Shown here: positions 48,008 through 59,864 of the stretch, in pieces | Numbering within the stretch: the stretch's first letter is position 1 | How the letters are laid out: each line of letters begins with the position of its first letter | From: Podarcis liolepis | Taxonomy: Eukaryota | Direction: 5' to 3' (one strand) | Assembly: GCA_965112155.1 (NCBI GenBank) | Contig: OZ218101.1 | DNA: 64,000 nucleotides | Position numbers and translations under genes: made by a program | The notes under the pieces: generated by a model | Seen by the model: only the letters and a program-made list of their open reading frames with translations | Told to the model about the DNA's origin: nothing | Databases searched by the model: none

Positions 48008-49896
48008 CACATCAACCTTTGGCAACCTGGGGCGCAACAGATATTTTGGACTGCAACTCCAACTGGAGCCCAGCTGTTGTGTGGGTTTTGTAACACCCCT
48101 TTCCACAATTTTCACTAGGGAGGGGAGGGCTGTGGGCAGAATGAAATCAATAAATTGCAGACCTCAGTGAGCCAGGGCATTGCATTTGGGGAGAGTGAAA
48201 GTGGTGGGAGGCCACCATAGATGGGCGCTGTTCAAAAGAAGACTTACTGCTCACTGCTGAAAAGCATTTGAAAGTCTAGTGGGGAGGATGATGAATGGTG
48301 CTGTGACTGGGCCAGGTGGGTCCTCCTAAGTTCTTGGGGTGCTTGGCCAGTGCCCAACTTGTAGGGACTCTCATTGGTAGCAAACAACATGTGAAATTTC
48401 ATTTCCTGCTGGAGCCTATAAGGGGATGGCTGTGCCTGACTTGAATTGGAGTCACCTTATTGCAGGTGGGGTTCTTTTTGGCATATTGAGCCCCTATATT
48501 TTTAAAATATTCACCACATTCACATTTGTGCTTTCCTAGTCATCAGGAAGTTTAGAATTCAAAGGCAGAAAGTCACCCGGGGTCCTCTACTTCAAAGCAC
48601 ACCCTAGCAGATTAGCCAGTGTGGTTCAGATTTTGGTACCGTGCACTCCACATCAAGTAACTTTAGTAAATATCATTAATGCAGCATTGCTTAAGCAAAT
48701 GGGCCCAATGAAGCAGTTCCTTTCAAGCATCCCCCATCCCCGATTCCTTTTGTTTGTTAATCTCACTGATTAACCAAGGGACACATTTTCAGCTAAAGCT
48801 TTATTCCAGGAGCTGCCAATCTGCTTTAGCCCATGGGCATGTTTGCAAACCAGAGAAACTGCTGAGTGCAGTAGATGGTTTATTTCAAGCCCAACCAGGG
48901 AAGAGGCAGGGGAAGGAGACCCTGTGGGCAGCACGGAAGGCCTCTGTGGGTGCATCAGTGACCATGGGCACCACCTTGGTGATCCCTGCTTTAACCAATC
49001 AATTGAATGTGAACATTTTGCAATGCTGCATAGGAATATAGAGGAAGCCCCATTCTCAGCTGCCATTCTAACCCTAATCCCCTGCATTGGACATAATAGA
49101 TCTACCAAGCACTCCTTCTATTAATCTCACAGAAACCTGATGTGTAGATGGGCACATGCAATTCTCCTTTGAACAAGGCCCTTCCCTTAATTGACTTTAG
49201 CTCTTATTACACATTTCTTATCAGAGTCCTTAGAAAACTTGCACGTGTTTTTGCACCACTCATCAGCAGTGTCTCCAAGGTGCAGGGTTTCCTTCAGGAG
49301 GAGATGGGCAGCCGGCAGGCAAAAGGGATAATTGCATGGCGAATGAAATTCTACGGCACATTGGAGATGGAAATATCACCTTAACAAGCATGGACAGCCC
49401 CCAATGGACTATAAAATTCATTTGGTGAGTGAGATAATTCAAAGAGCCAAGTGACGCAGCAGTAGGAGCTAGAACACATAAATTTAAGCTTTCAGAGCTC
49501 CACCAGGATCCAGCAGAGCCCCCAGTGTGCTTTATGTGGGTACACAAAAATCTTGCAGGCATTCAGTGCTGATCAATCCAGATCAATCCTCTCTCTGTGT
49601 GTGTGCACAAAGTTTGTGCACAAAATCTGTGCACAAAGCCTGCACATGAAGTCCAGGTCATGCAGTGAATATTTTGGAACTGACCCCATGCTGTGTCCTT
49701 CTGCCGAGAACTGTATGGTCCCTTCTCTTTTTTCCTTTCTAAAAAGTTTTTAGCATTGCCAGTCTCGTTACTGAAACTAATACTGGCTAATATATTAGTT
49801 TTACTCTGATACTGTTTTTGTTGTGTTCAAGTGGTTTCATTTAACAAATATTATGAGGACTTGTCCTTAAAGAGCAGGCGGGGGAATAAAGTCAAT

Positions 49897-50175
49897 TTGT
49901 TGTTGTTGTTTAGTCGTTTAGTTGTGTCCGACTCTCCGTGACCCCATGAACCAGAGCACGCCAGGCACTCCTGTCTTCCACTGCCTCCCGCAGTTTAGTC
50001 AGACTCATGTTTGTAGCTTTGAGAACACTGTCCAACCATCTCGTCCTCTGTCGTCCCCTTCTCCTTGTGCCCTCCATCTTTCCCAACATCAGGGTCTTTT
50101 CCAGGGAGTCTTCTCTTCTCATGAGGTGGCCAAAGTATTGGAGCCTCAGCTTCACGATCTGTCCTTCCAGTGAGC
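49897..50175 (-). mobile_element. BovB (RTE) LINE, 5'-truncated 3' end
   Basis: SLEGQIVKLRLQYFGHLMRREDSLEKTLMLGKMEGTRRRGRQRTRWLD...; (CAA)n tail; AGTCAAT repeated at both flanks. Confidence 0.95.
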
Positions 50176-50195
50176 CAATAGTCAATAAATACACC

Positions 50196-50952
50196 TGTCA
50201 GAGCTGCTTCCAGATCCGAGCTCACAGAGGATCACGCTAGCCAGCTTTCACTGTATAAAAGTCTTTATTGATTTACAGTTTCCATTTCCAAGCTGCAGCG
50301 CGCAACTCTACGTCTTATAAGCTAGACCGGCGAAGCTCCGTCTGAGTCCCCGCCTCCTGTACACCAACTTAATACCCTAGCCTTACTCCATCTTTTCCTC
50401 CTGACCGTTCTTCTCTGGGTCCCTCTGCCCCCCGTGGTCTCTTCCTTCCGGGACTCTTCTAATGCTGACCCCCCGGACCCTTCTGTCTCCTTGCGGCGGG
50501 CTTTAGGACCTGGCTCCCTTTCCGGGCTGCTTACTGTGCCGCCTTCCTGTGCATTTGAACTTGGCGCGCGCGCCCAACCTCCCACTTTCCGTTTGACCGT
50601 TTCTTCTCTCTCCGATGGAGGTGTGGCCACTCCTGACTCATGTCCTCCCCCCTGCGGCGAGCCGCCTGATCCCGATGCCTGGCGCCCTTCCTCCGCCCTG
50701 CGCTCTGTTGGGGATGTTGGCCCCGATTTCCAACTGCTGCTCTCTGAACCCCCTTTTGTCCCTTCTTCCTGGGGTGTCCCCCTAAGCTCCCCCCTTGCTC
50801 TGGTCACTGGCGCTCCTTTCTGTGAATCTTCCGATTCACTGGAAAGACTCGGAGATCTCGGGTCGTCGTCATCGCTCATCTTTCCTTCGGACTCCTCCCC
50901 TTCACTCTCTGTTTCCTCCCTTGCCCTCGCCTCTGCTCCTGAACCCCTGACA
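50196..50952 (-). mobile_element. Solo LTR 2 (Gypsy-like, 757 bp)
   Basis: TGTCAG...CTGACA ends; perfect TSD ACACC (50191-50195 / 50953-50957); AATAAA on the minus strand at ~50264-50269. Confidence 0.92.
50322..50951 (-). CDS. LTR-encoded ORF, 209 codons; acidic/Ser/Gly disordered region with basic W-C-containing C-terminus
   Basis: Open from LTR nt 2 to TAG at 50322 (first in-LTR ATG at 50879); codon-level conservation with LTR 3. Confidence 0.6.
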   Translation of the reverse strand, partial: VRGSGAEARAREETESEGEESEGKMSDDDDPRSPSLSSESEDSQKGAPVTRARGELRGTPQEEGTKGGSESSSWKSGPTSPTERRAEEGRQASGSGGSPQGGGHESGVATPPSEREETVKRKVGGWARAPSSNAQEGGTVSSPEREPGPKARRKETEGSGGSALEESRKEETTGGRGTQRRTVRRKRWSKARVLSWCTGGGDSDGASPV

Positions 50953-51456
50953 ACACCATAAACACATAATATTTGGCTATATGAACAACCCATTCTAGCC
51001 ATTCAAGCGAGACAGGTTTGGGTGCCAGCCACTGTACCTCTTCCAGTACCAACTACTGTTTCCCTGCCTCTCCCACCAGAAGACCTAGATGTCATAGGGT
51101 CTTATAGGTAGCTCTGGGATTGTTATGCCAAAGAAAATGCAGGGGGACTATTACATTATGGTGCATGAGCCAGTGGTCACCAACATGGTGCCCTCCATAG
51201 TGATGGAATACAGCTCCCATCTGTCCCAGCCAGCAGGAACAGTGTTCAGAGATGATGGCAGCTGGGACCCAAAAATACATTGACTAGCCCTGCTCTGAGC
51301 AAGCTCAAGATGCTCCACTCCTTTTGTACATTCTGCAATCACCTGGAAGACTTTCCTTTTCTCCCTGGCATCTGTCGCCCTGTGTTTAGGACCGCACAGA
51401 TTCTTAAATATCTAACTGCATCTTTACTTCTTTACTTTTCCCCTGATTTGGCTTTT

Positions 51457-51615
51457 AATACGATACGATATCTTTATTGTCATTGTCCCATGCAGAACAA
51501 TGAAATTGAAAACTATATAAAACTACATAAAAACTACATAAAACTACTAGAAAACTACATAAAACATTCAAAACCCCCTAAAAACTCTAAAACCCCATTT
51601 TAAAATACACTATAG
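51457..51615 (-). mobile_element. Rex1/Babar-like LINE 3' end with an 11-bp AAAACTACATA minisatellite
   Basis: Minus strand ends AATTTCATTGTTCTGCATGGGACAATGACAATAAAG + (TATCG)n. Confidence 0.55.
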
Positions 51616-51830
51616 TATAGTGTATTTTATCATTGCAATTACTGCTTCTGTGTTCCTTACTTAGGCCTCCCTAAGTGCTTTTCTTAAAAAAACAGCAAGT
51701 GGAAAAATGATTTCGATTCTAAACAGGGTTACGGTAAATAGGGGTGCTGGCCAGTGATACTTGCCCTTTCCACCTTTTCTTCTTTTGGGATGGTCTGGAA
51801 CTATTTAGCCCAGATCCTTATAAAAAGTGG

Positions 51831-52073
51831 TGTCATGGGCTCAGGGGCTGAGCCACAGCAGGAGGAGGAGAGGAAAAGGTGGATTAAAGCTCGGGTCTTG
51901 AACTGGTGTAGAGGAGGGGAGGAGTCAGACAGAGCTTTGCCGGTCTAAGGACTCAGACGTAGCGCTGCGCGCCACGGATGTCAAACCAACAATGAACCAC
52001 AATAAAGACTTTTGTTTATAAAGAGCAACTGGCGTTGGTCCTCTGTGAGCTAGGACCTGAGGCAGCGCTGACA
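51831..52073 (+). mobile_element. Solo LTR 3 (243 bp), internally deleted relative of LTR 2
   Basis: TGTCA...TGACA ends; perfect TSD AGTGG (51826-51830 / 52074-52078); AATAAA at ~52001. Confidence 0.92.
51835..51948 (+). CDS. LTR-encoded mini-ORF, 37 aa (MGSGAEPQQEEERKRWIKARVLNWCRGGEESDRALPV)
   Basis: ATG at LTR nt 5; in-frame fusion of the N- and C-terminal parts of the LTR 2 ORF. Confidence 0.45.
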   Translation: MGSGAEPQQEEERKRWIKARVLNWCRGGEESDRALPV

Positions 52074-52877
52074 AGTGGTCACACAAGGAGTGAGCAGGAT
52101 CAACATCCTTTGTCAGCAGCCATTAGCACAGGCCCTGATGGTGAAAGCACAGAAATTGTGCCCTTTTCATTTTGTAATGAGTTGGACAAGCTACCACATA
52201 TCTGCACCTGCCAATATGGTCAACTTAACTATCTTATTAAACATATTTCCTATCCTGGATAACTAATGGATCATACTCTGTTCTCAATGACACCTTTGGA
52301 GCCCACCTAAAAACAATAGATGCGCACTGCTCAGGTGTAACTGAGGGCAGATTATGGCCAATTTTGCACTTATTCAGCTTTTATTGATGCTATAAATTCA
52401 CTTGACCTTCATCCACTCTGTCCCTACTGAGGTTATTTCCCAAACAGCAAACTGCTCCAAAGTGTTGCTTTCTTTCCTCTCAGAATGGTTCCCTGGGCAC
52501 TTTCACACCAAGAAAGTGGTTTGCTGCACAAAGCTACAAGCAACTTTAAAAAAACTAAAAAAAAACAATGTGCTAATACAAAGGCACTCCATCATAGGTA
52601 TCTCTGCAGTTCTGTCTTGAAACGGTAAAAATCTCACATTGGGGAGAAAAAGAATGATATTCATGGTGCTGTCCGAGGCACATCTGTTTCTGTTGCTGCA
52701 AGGAACCAGCAAAATGGAGCTTTAAAAACAAACAAACTCGGCACCACCAAAAAACTTCTCACTGAAGCCCTGCCATGATGGAAAATGTGCCACTTCTCAT
52801 GATCCAGCATACATCAGGAGAGGATGTTTGCTTACATGCAGCATCCCTATGTACCTGCAGACTGTACTAATTATTTA

Positions 52878-53535
52878 CAGTGGCACCTCGGGTTAAGTAC
52901 TTAATTCGTTCCGGAGGTCTGTTCTTAACCTGAAACTGTTCTTAACCTGAAGCACCACTTTAGCTTCAATGGGGCTTCCTGCTGCCGCCGTGCTGCCGGA
53001 GCCTGATTTCTGTTCTCATCCTGAAGCAAAGTTCTTTTTTTAAAAAAATAATATTTATTACTTTTCCAACAATTTAAACACTACAAAAAAGAACAATACG
53101 ATACAATGCAAAAACACCACATAACACATAACACTAACACATTAAACTAACAAAACAAAACAAAAACAAACAAAAACAGTTTAAAGCATATCAAACAATT
53201 TCAATATCTTATCTTTCATTCACTTATTTCAACGACCTCCTCACACCTCCCTTTTTGTATTGCACTTCTGTTAATCGTTTCAGCAATTCCTTTCCATCTT
53301 CCTCTGTTTTCTATCCTATAATTATCTTAACACATTCTAACCTTATTTTTTCTTTTAATATTCTATTAATCTAATTATACTTAATTCCTTATAACATTTC
53401 TACTAAGGCCATATAACTTCATTCCAACATTCTTCTAACATTCAAAGTTCTTAACCCGAGGTACTATTTCTGGGTTAGCGGAGTCTGTAACCTGAAGCGT
53501 ATGTAACCTGAAGCATATAACCAGAGGTACCACTG
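52878..53535. mobile_element. Family-A MITE interrupted by a LINE 3' end
   Basis: Both TIRs and TA flanks present; insert at 53037-53442. Confidence 0.9.
53037..53442 (-). mobile_element. L1-type LINE 3' UTR, 5'-truncated
   Basis: 10-bp TSD CAAAGTTCTT (53027-53036 / 53443-53452); AATAAA and A-tail on the minus strand; GT-rich UTR. Confidence 0.75.
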
Positions 53536-56500
53536 TATTTTCTAAAAAAATTATATACTGTTTGATGGTAAACAAATAAACCTTCAAAGCAGTTCACACA
53601 AAGATCCATGCAGACTCATCAGTGCAATCGGGGACTGTGCTTTTTTGCAGGGTCTCCAACCATTGCAGATTCCCCTTTGCACATGTCATATCTTGAGAAG
53701 AAGCAGTGCTTTTTTGTGGCGGTACTCAATGGTACACAGTACTGGCTCCCCCCCATCTTGATAAGGTAAATGGAGGGTGGGGAGAGCAAGCCAGCAACCG
53801 TGGCTAAAAGGGCGATTGTGAAAAGCAGGAGGCATAGGCTGTGGCAGTGAGGAAAAGGAGGCCCATGTTCAGGGCAGCAGTTGCCGTTCTCAGTCAACAG
53901 GTTGTACCATTCCCCCTCGGCCGCCCTCATAATGTGCGCTTTCCCCGTGGACGCGCTGCTATGTCACTGCTTCGCACAAAACTAATCACAATAAAACAAT
54001 TCCATCAATTAATATGTGCAACAAACAAACCCATTGAAACAGTGCAAAAGTTAAAACAGTTAAAACAGAAATTGAAACCATTAAAATAGGAGGTCTAGGT
54101 TAGGAGATTGGGAATGCTTGTGTAAACAGGTGTGTCTGACAGAGAGCCGTCAGAATGCCAATACTGATGGGGCCTCTCCTATGCTACCATTGAAAAAATT
54201 CATCTCCTTGTTACCACTAGCCAATAATCACCAGCCCAGTCTTGAGCTATTAAATGCAGAACAATTTACAAATGTCTAAAATAGCCAGTTGGTGGTAGAA
54301 TTTGCTCATTTAGCTATTCTTGTGACTAATGAACTCTGTCCAAATATGAGTTCATCACATTGCCGTATTCCATGTGATAATCTCTAGATATTACCAACAA
54401 AATATGCATTTTCACTTTTCCTACAGCAGAAGTTTACACAAAACTAAACTCCATTCTGTCTCTTCTCCACAGTTCCCTCCTTAGTTCTGGTCTGTAAAAA
54501 CACACTTGCATAACTATTAACGAGTAGCTTCAAGGAATGGCATTTCATAGCTTAGGTGAAAAATCTGTCATTTGGCTTTTTACAGTGTTTGGAGAAAAGC
54601 AAGCAGCATTGATTTTTCTCCCCTTTCTCCAATCCACACGTCAAGAGATGAAACAAACAGAAGGAAGATGGGCTCTTGCATAACTTGTGGGAAGACATAA
54701 TTGATAATATGTTTATCTTGTCAGCTGGAGACACCTGTTATGTGATCAGAAGGGTTCCACGGGGTCAAATATGATTTTGTGCCAGCAAAAACAGCAAGAG
54801 CTCTCCTGGCACCATTCCCCCGAGGGCAAGAGAAGGAAGGCGAAGGGGATTAGCACTGATATTTTGCAATGCATTCTTATTAAATTCAGATTCTTTTTGT
54901 CAAGAGGAAAAAGAGGAAGGAATGAGTGATTGGTTTGAGACAGATAAAGGACTCACAAGCTGCAAGAGGGGAGGAGAGTCACGGAGAGGAAACTCATGAA
55001 TGGGAATACAAAGGGCCAAATGTTCTCTGGGGAACTCAGGAAAAATACTAACCAATTTTCTAACTGACTTGGTACCGTCTGTATGAAGCAGAGAGATGAC
55101 AGGAGGGGGTCAGAATGCCTCTTGGGAGTTATCAGGCATATTGAGATACGGTTATATTAAAATCACAGCTCAACAATCTGGATGTGAATATGGAGGAAGT
55201 TTTTTTCCGCCCTTCCTTTAGCGGATTTTGTTTTTTGGAAAACTTCACTGCATAAATGGCCTAGCTTCAAATAATGGATGGCAGCCTCCATCAACATTGG
55301 TGGATGAGTTTTCAAAAACCCTTCCCTAACCATATTTACTTGGAAGTAAGTCCCACTGATTTCAGTGACTACTATCCAAAGGTTTGTACTCTAAGAAGAA
55401 GCAAGCTGGGAAAATTTGGGGATTTATAGTGGATCAAAAACTCCAGGAACCTATATAATGCTTAGCCTGGGTAAACATATGAAAGCATATTTCTGTTTCT
55501 TCAGATGAAGTTTTGCAAACTGTTGCTTGGGCTACTTCACTCCTTTCATCAGTCTTACCTTGGCGAAGGAAGAGGACTCACTTCCCCCAAGGAGAGCCCA
55601 CCATCTCATACTGCCTGAGGCAATGAAGAAGATGATATCGCTTCTCCTGTTGTGTGTACAAAATGTTAATGGTTTAGTTGACACAGAAATGTAAAATGGC
55701 TAAATGTGTACTGGTGAAAAGGTTTAACATGGGGATTTCCCATGGGGCTATATTAAAGCTAAGAAGAGCACTTTGAGCTCTTGCTAAGTAGATAGTTAAC
55801 TAACTCATTGTTGTTCTCTGGTAGCTAACATGTGAGTTTGGTAGTCTTAGATCATATGATGAAGGTATTGGGTCGCAAATCTCCATTTTGAAGGGAGTTG
55901 CCTTTGAGTTTTTGTCTCCATGGAGTGCGGATGTAAATGAAGCTCTATTGAAGGGAGAGGAAACAGCCTAAGGCCAATGGAGGCTGGAATGCAGGCTGTG
56001 GGGAGAGATAGACCTCTGCTTCTAGGTCTGTTTGGATTATTTCACATTTTCTAAGATGCTGAGCCTGTGCTGGACAGCACATTGAAATTTGGGGTGTATC
56101 TTTTATGTTATGTTTTGAAGAAAGTTCTGCCAGTAAAACTTTGAATAATATTTTTATGGGTCTGTTTTCTTCCAAAAGGAATCAGTTCTTGTGCTTCCAG
56201 TTGCTTCAAACTGTGCAATTTTAATATATCCACAACATAAAAGACATCTAGAGTGGCAGCTGAATTTCACTTCCTCACTAGCAATAGGACAGCATCCTCG
56301 ACATCAGGATGGTGCAGGGAAGGTCACATGGCACGCACAGCACTACTCTCCCAATGCCTCACCACCACTCAGCCCCCTCATTGAACCTCTGGTGTCTGAG
56401 GTGGCCACCTCCCCCTAACTAATGGTAGGGCTGGCCTTGTGAACAGGATTCCATCTAAGGGCATTCAGAAGAAGAAGAGGAGGAGGAGGAGCAAATGCCT

Positions 56501-58657
56501 TGCACTTCCCCTTATGTTTCTAACATAAGATCCAGAGACCAATTTGGGTAGATGAGATGCAGATGCTTTGGATGAAGATGTACTCCCCTCTCTCCTATGC
56601 AAGTAAACCCACATCTTAGCCATGAATCAAGAAGTGATACTCCCTTTTAATTTGGGTGTTTAAAACAGTTTGCTAATAGGTGACTTTGGTTCACTCTCCA
56701 CCAGTGATGCAGTCTTTTCATTCAAAGCCCGGAATCTGTCATAGACGCTTGTTTTCACAGGCATCTAGTTTTCTATCAAATGATTTGGCAATTTTCCAGT
56801 TCTTTCAGCCATATGATAGCTAAAATAATATTTGAGGGGTATCTTTTTTTTTTTTAAGTAAAGTAAAGTCAGGTTTCCCTGTTCTGCTTGCTTTTCTCTT
56901 CTCCCCCACCCCCTGCTCCCCAGGTCCATTAGTACCCCATGTCTACTTTGCTTTCTTTGTTTCAGGAAGAAAAAGCACATAGTACAGACACAGCAAAACC
57001 CTTTGGTTGTAAGGTTTTTGAGGGCATTTATTATTTACATCTCATAGGGTTTTAATTAGAGCTGAGAGACTCATCCATTCTGAATAATTTATTTGATTAA
57101 TTTTGCTGCTTCTCCTTGTCAGAAATTCTCCACAAGCAGCTCGTGAGCCTGTGAAATTTATTTGACATTTTGAAACTGTTTGCAGAACCATCTCTGTAAA
57201 TAATTCTTGGGTTGCAGCTTGTTCGTTGCATTGTGCGCGGCTTGCGGGTAGCGAACATGAGCCATCTTGATTCTCCTTTCGTTACAAGTGACAGCACTTA
57301 TTATTATTATCATCCAGAATAATTGTGTAGGGTTTTTTTTTTAAGCAGGGAGGGGAGGAGGCTGAGTTTGAGGCACTTTTGGCAGGATGATGTTGAGCTC
57401 CTAGCAAATATTGTCAAATACTTTCATAAAATGTGCTATCTTGGGAGCATTGTTATGCATGGTCTCGTTCACAAGGGCCATAATTCATAGGCAGAACACC
57501 AAAGGACATTAACATGGTTTCTGTTAATAGTCTTCTAGCTCTCACTCATTCAGCTAGACGTTCTGGTCAGCTTTAAGTGCCTCTTGTATTTGCTCTGCAC
57601 TAGTGAAATCAGATTATTTGGAAAGTACTACTCATGTGTCTAAATAATGTTTGCTTTCTGGAAATTTCTTATCAGCACTTCTCAGGAGAAGACTTGCATG
57701 GGAAGCAGTTTCACAACTAGTTATGCTTCTTCTGGTTAGACAGAGCTAAGACCTGCAGCTGAGTTCTACCCAACAGGACAAGTTTATGACGGACAGTTCC
57801 ACTGATCTGAAAAACAAGAGCCTGAATGTCCTTGGGTTCAATCCAGACCAATTTACTTGAAAGCAGTTCCCACTGAGGTTAATTACAATCCCATTGGAAC
57901 CCAAGTCATCATGACTAACTTGCCCCATTGATTTCAATGGGACCTGAGCTCAAGCAATTTACTCTGGAGCCAACCTGTTGGAAAGGTTGATAAGCATGTG
58001 TCTGCCTTTGCTCACATTCCTTCATCTTCTCCTCTCTCCCTCCTCCTTTGCTGTTCATTCAACACCCTTTCAAAAATGACATATGGTTGGCTTTAAGTAC
58101 TCTGTAAAGCTGGGGGGGGGACTTTTGGCCCAGAATATGTTGCTGAACTACAACTCCCATCTGCGTCAACAAGCATGACCAATGACCTGATATGATGGGA
58201 GTTGTAGTGCAGCAACATCTGCAGGGCTGGAGGTTCCCAACAACCGATGTAAGAAGCATGTGCATGGATGGTGCTGTATAAATGAAAATAGCTAAAGTAA
58301 ATGCATATTCATAGTGGCTGCACTGAGACATACTAAATGGTATTTCATGTTATGCAAGTGAATCTAGCATAGGCCCTACCTTTGTTATCCCTACATTAGG
58401 AGAGGTAACTGCCACCACCAAAAGGAACATAGACATCACTATTATCTGCCCTTCCAGGTGAAGAGCTGCTCCTATAATGAATGCAAGATCTCTGGCAGCT
58501 GAAATTTGTGATGCTGCCATCATAGTGCCTCTTGATCAAGCCATTTGCTGTTATGGACTTGCTGTGTCAAAAATGACTGGTTATTGTTTCACTGTTGGGC
58601 CTTTCCTTGTAATGCTTCTGGTATTGTAAGGTTCCTTGAAGAAAGACAGGGTAAAGA

Positions 58658-58829
58658 GGGAAGGCCTGTAGCTCAATGGTATAGCATTTGCTTTGCCTTA
58701 AGAAGGTCCCAGGTTTGATCCCTGACATCACCAGGTAAAGGCTAGCAATGTCCCTGTCTGAATCCCAAGAGAGCCACTGCTGGCCAGTGTAGACAATACT
58801 AAGACGGGCGAGCCAATGGTCTGACTCAG
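58658..58829 (+). mobile_element. Squam3-like SINE
   Basis: GTAGCTCAATGGTATAGCATTTGCTTTGC..AAGGTCCCAGGTTTGATCCC head. Confidence 0.75.
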
Positions 58830-59715
58830 ACCTGAAATATTTTAAAAATATGAGATGAAATTGTAAGGGGTGCAGTTGTGATGTAGTGGAGTAGAGAAGG
58901 AAGAAACTTTGCTACAACTCTCGGTTATTTCCCCTGTTTTCCAGCCTCTAATTAACATCCCATAAAGTTGTAGAGATATATCTTTAACATCCTATAAGTT
59001 TGAGGCTGCAGGCACGAACATTTTTTTATTTATTATTTTTTGCATCAGGTGTACATTTGGAGGTTCATACTTTTCCGAATCCTAGAGGGTTATGAAAAGC
59101 AAATGTAATTATTAAATTCCTTTGGGTGTATGTCTTAACTCATATTAACTATTCATAGAGTTTGTTTGTATGCATATGCAATATTAATGGACTCCCAAGA
59201 AATCACAGATAGGAGCTGCGCTGCTAATGCCAGTGGACTACTTCTTGGCAATATGGTGCTCAATGTGTGGTACATTTCTTACGGCTCTGACCAGTGTAGA
59301 AGGGTGGATTGCACTCGGTTTCTGATGCAACTGTTGTGAAGCTGTACAGATTCATTTAATTTGTTGAATTCTGATCCTTCTGTGTTCCTCAGGGTTTCCG
59401 CTGAAGCACATCTTGCCCCAACTTTATGTTCATTTAGAAACCAGGTAAAAACATGGGAGTAAATGTGGAATTGATAAAACTTGCTAGTGGGCAACAATAT
59501 ATAGCATTATGAGACAAAATGGGGGGGGGGGAGGAATCACCAATTCCTACACTAGAAGATTAGATAATAACAGAACGGGATAAAATTAGCCAATATAGCG
59601 AGAGGGAAGAAAGTTAGACAACTCAGTTCTTGAAAAGTTAAGCTCTTTTGTGATGTACTTGTGCAATAAGACACTAGTGGATACTTACCTACATAACATG
59701 CTGGAAACAGATCTC

Positions 59716-59864
59716 TATGGAGCAGTGGACCAGTGTGCCTGGCTGTTAACCAGAAGCTTGATGGTTTGAGCCCACCCATGGTTGGCTGTGAGCAGGATTC
59801 CTGCATTGCAGAAGTTTGGACTAGATGACCCTTGGGGATACCAACTCTGCAGTTCTATGATTCT
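59716..59864 (+). mobile_element. tRNA-derived SINE with CR1-type tail
   Basis: Tail GGACTAGATGACC...TTCTATGATTCTA. Confidence 0.6.

Larger units (their letters stand above)
47260..48011 (-). mobile_element. Solo LTR 1 (Gypsy-like, 752 bp)
   Basis: TG...CA ends with imperfect terminal inverted repeat (TGTGCTGG/CCATCACA); perfect 5-bp TSD TCAAC (47255-47259 / 48012-48016). Confidence 0.9.

Noticed and set aside
50434-50961. 175-aa plus-strand Ser/Pro-rich ORF
   Set aside because: Antisense shadow of the LTR 2 ORF; the conserved stop and synonymous pattern belong to the minus frame.
58658-58735. tRNA-like sequence (also the heads at ~43400-43466 and ~39999-40075)
   Set aside because: These are SINE heads followed by SINE bodies; the cloverleaf is not intact.
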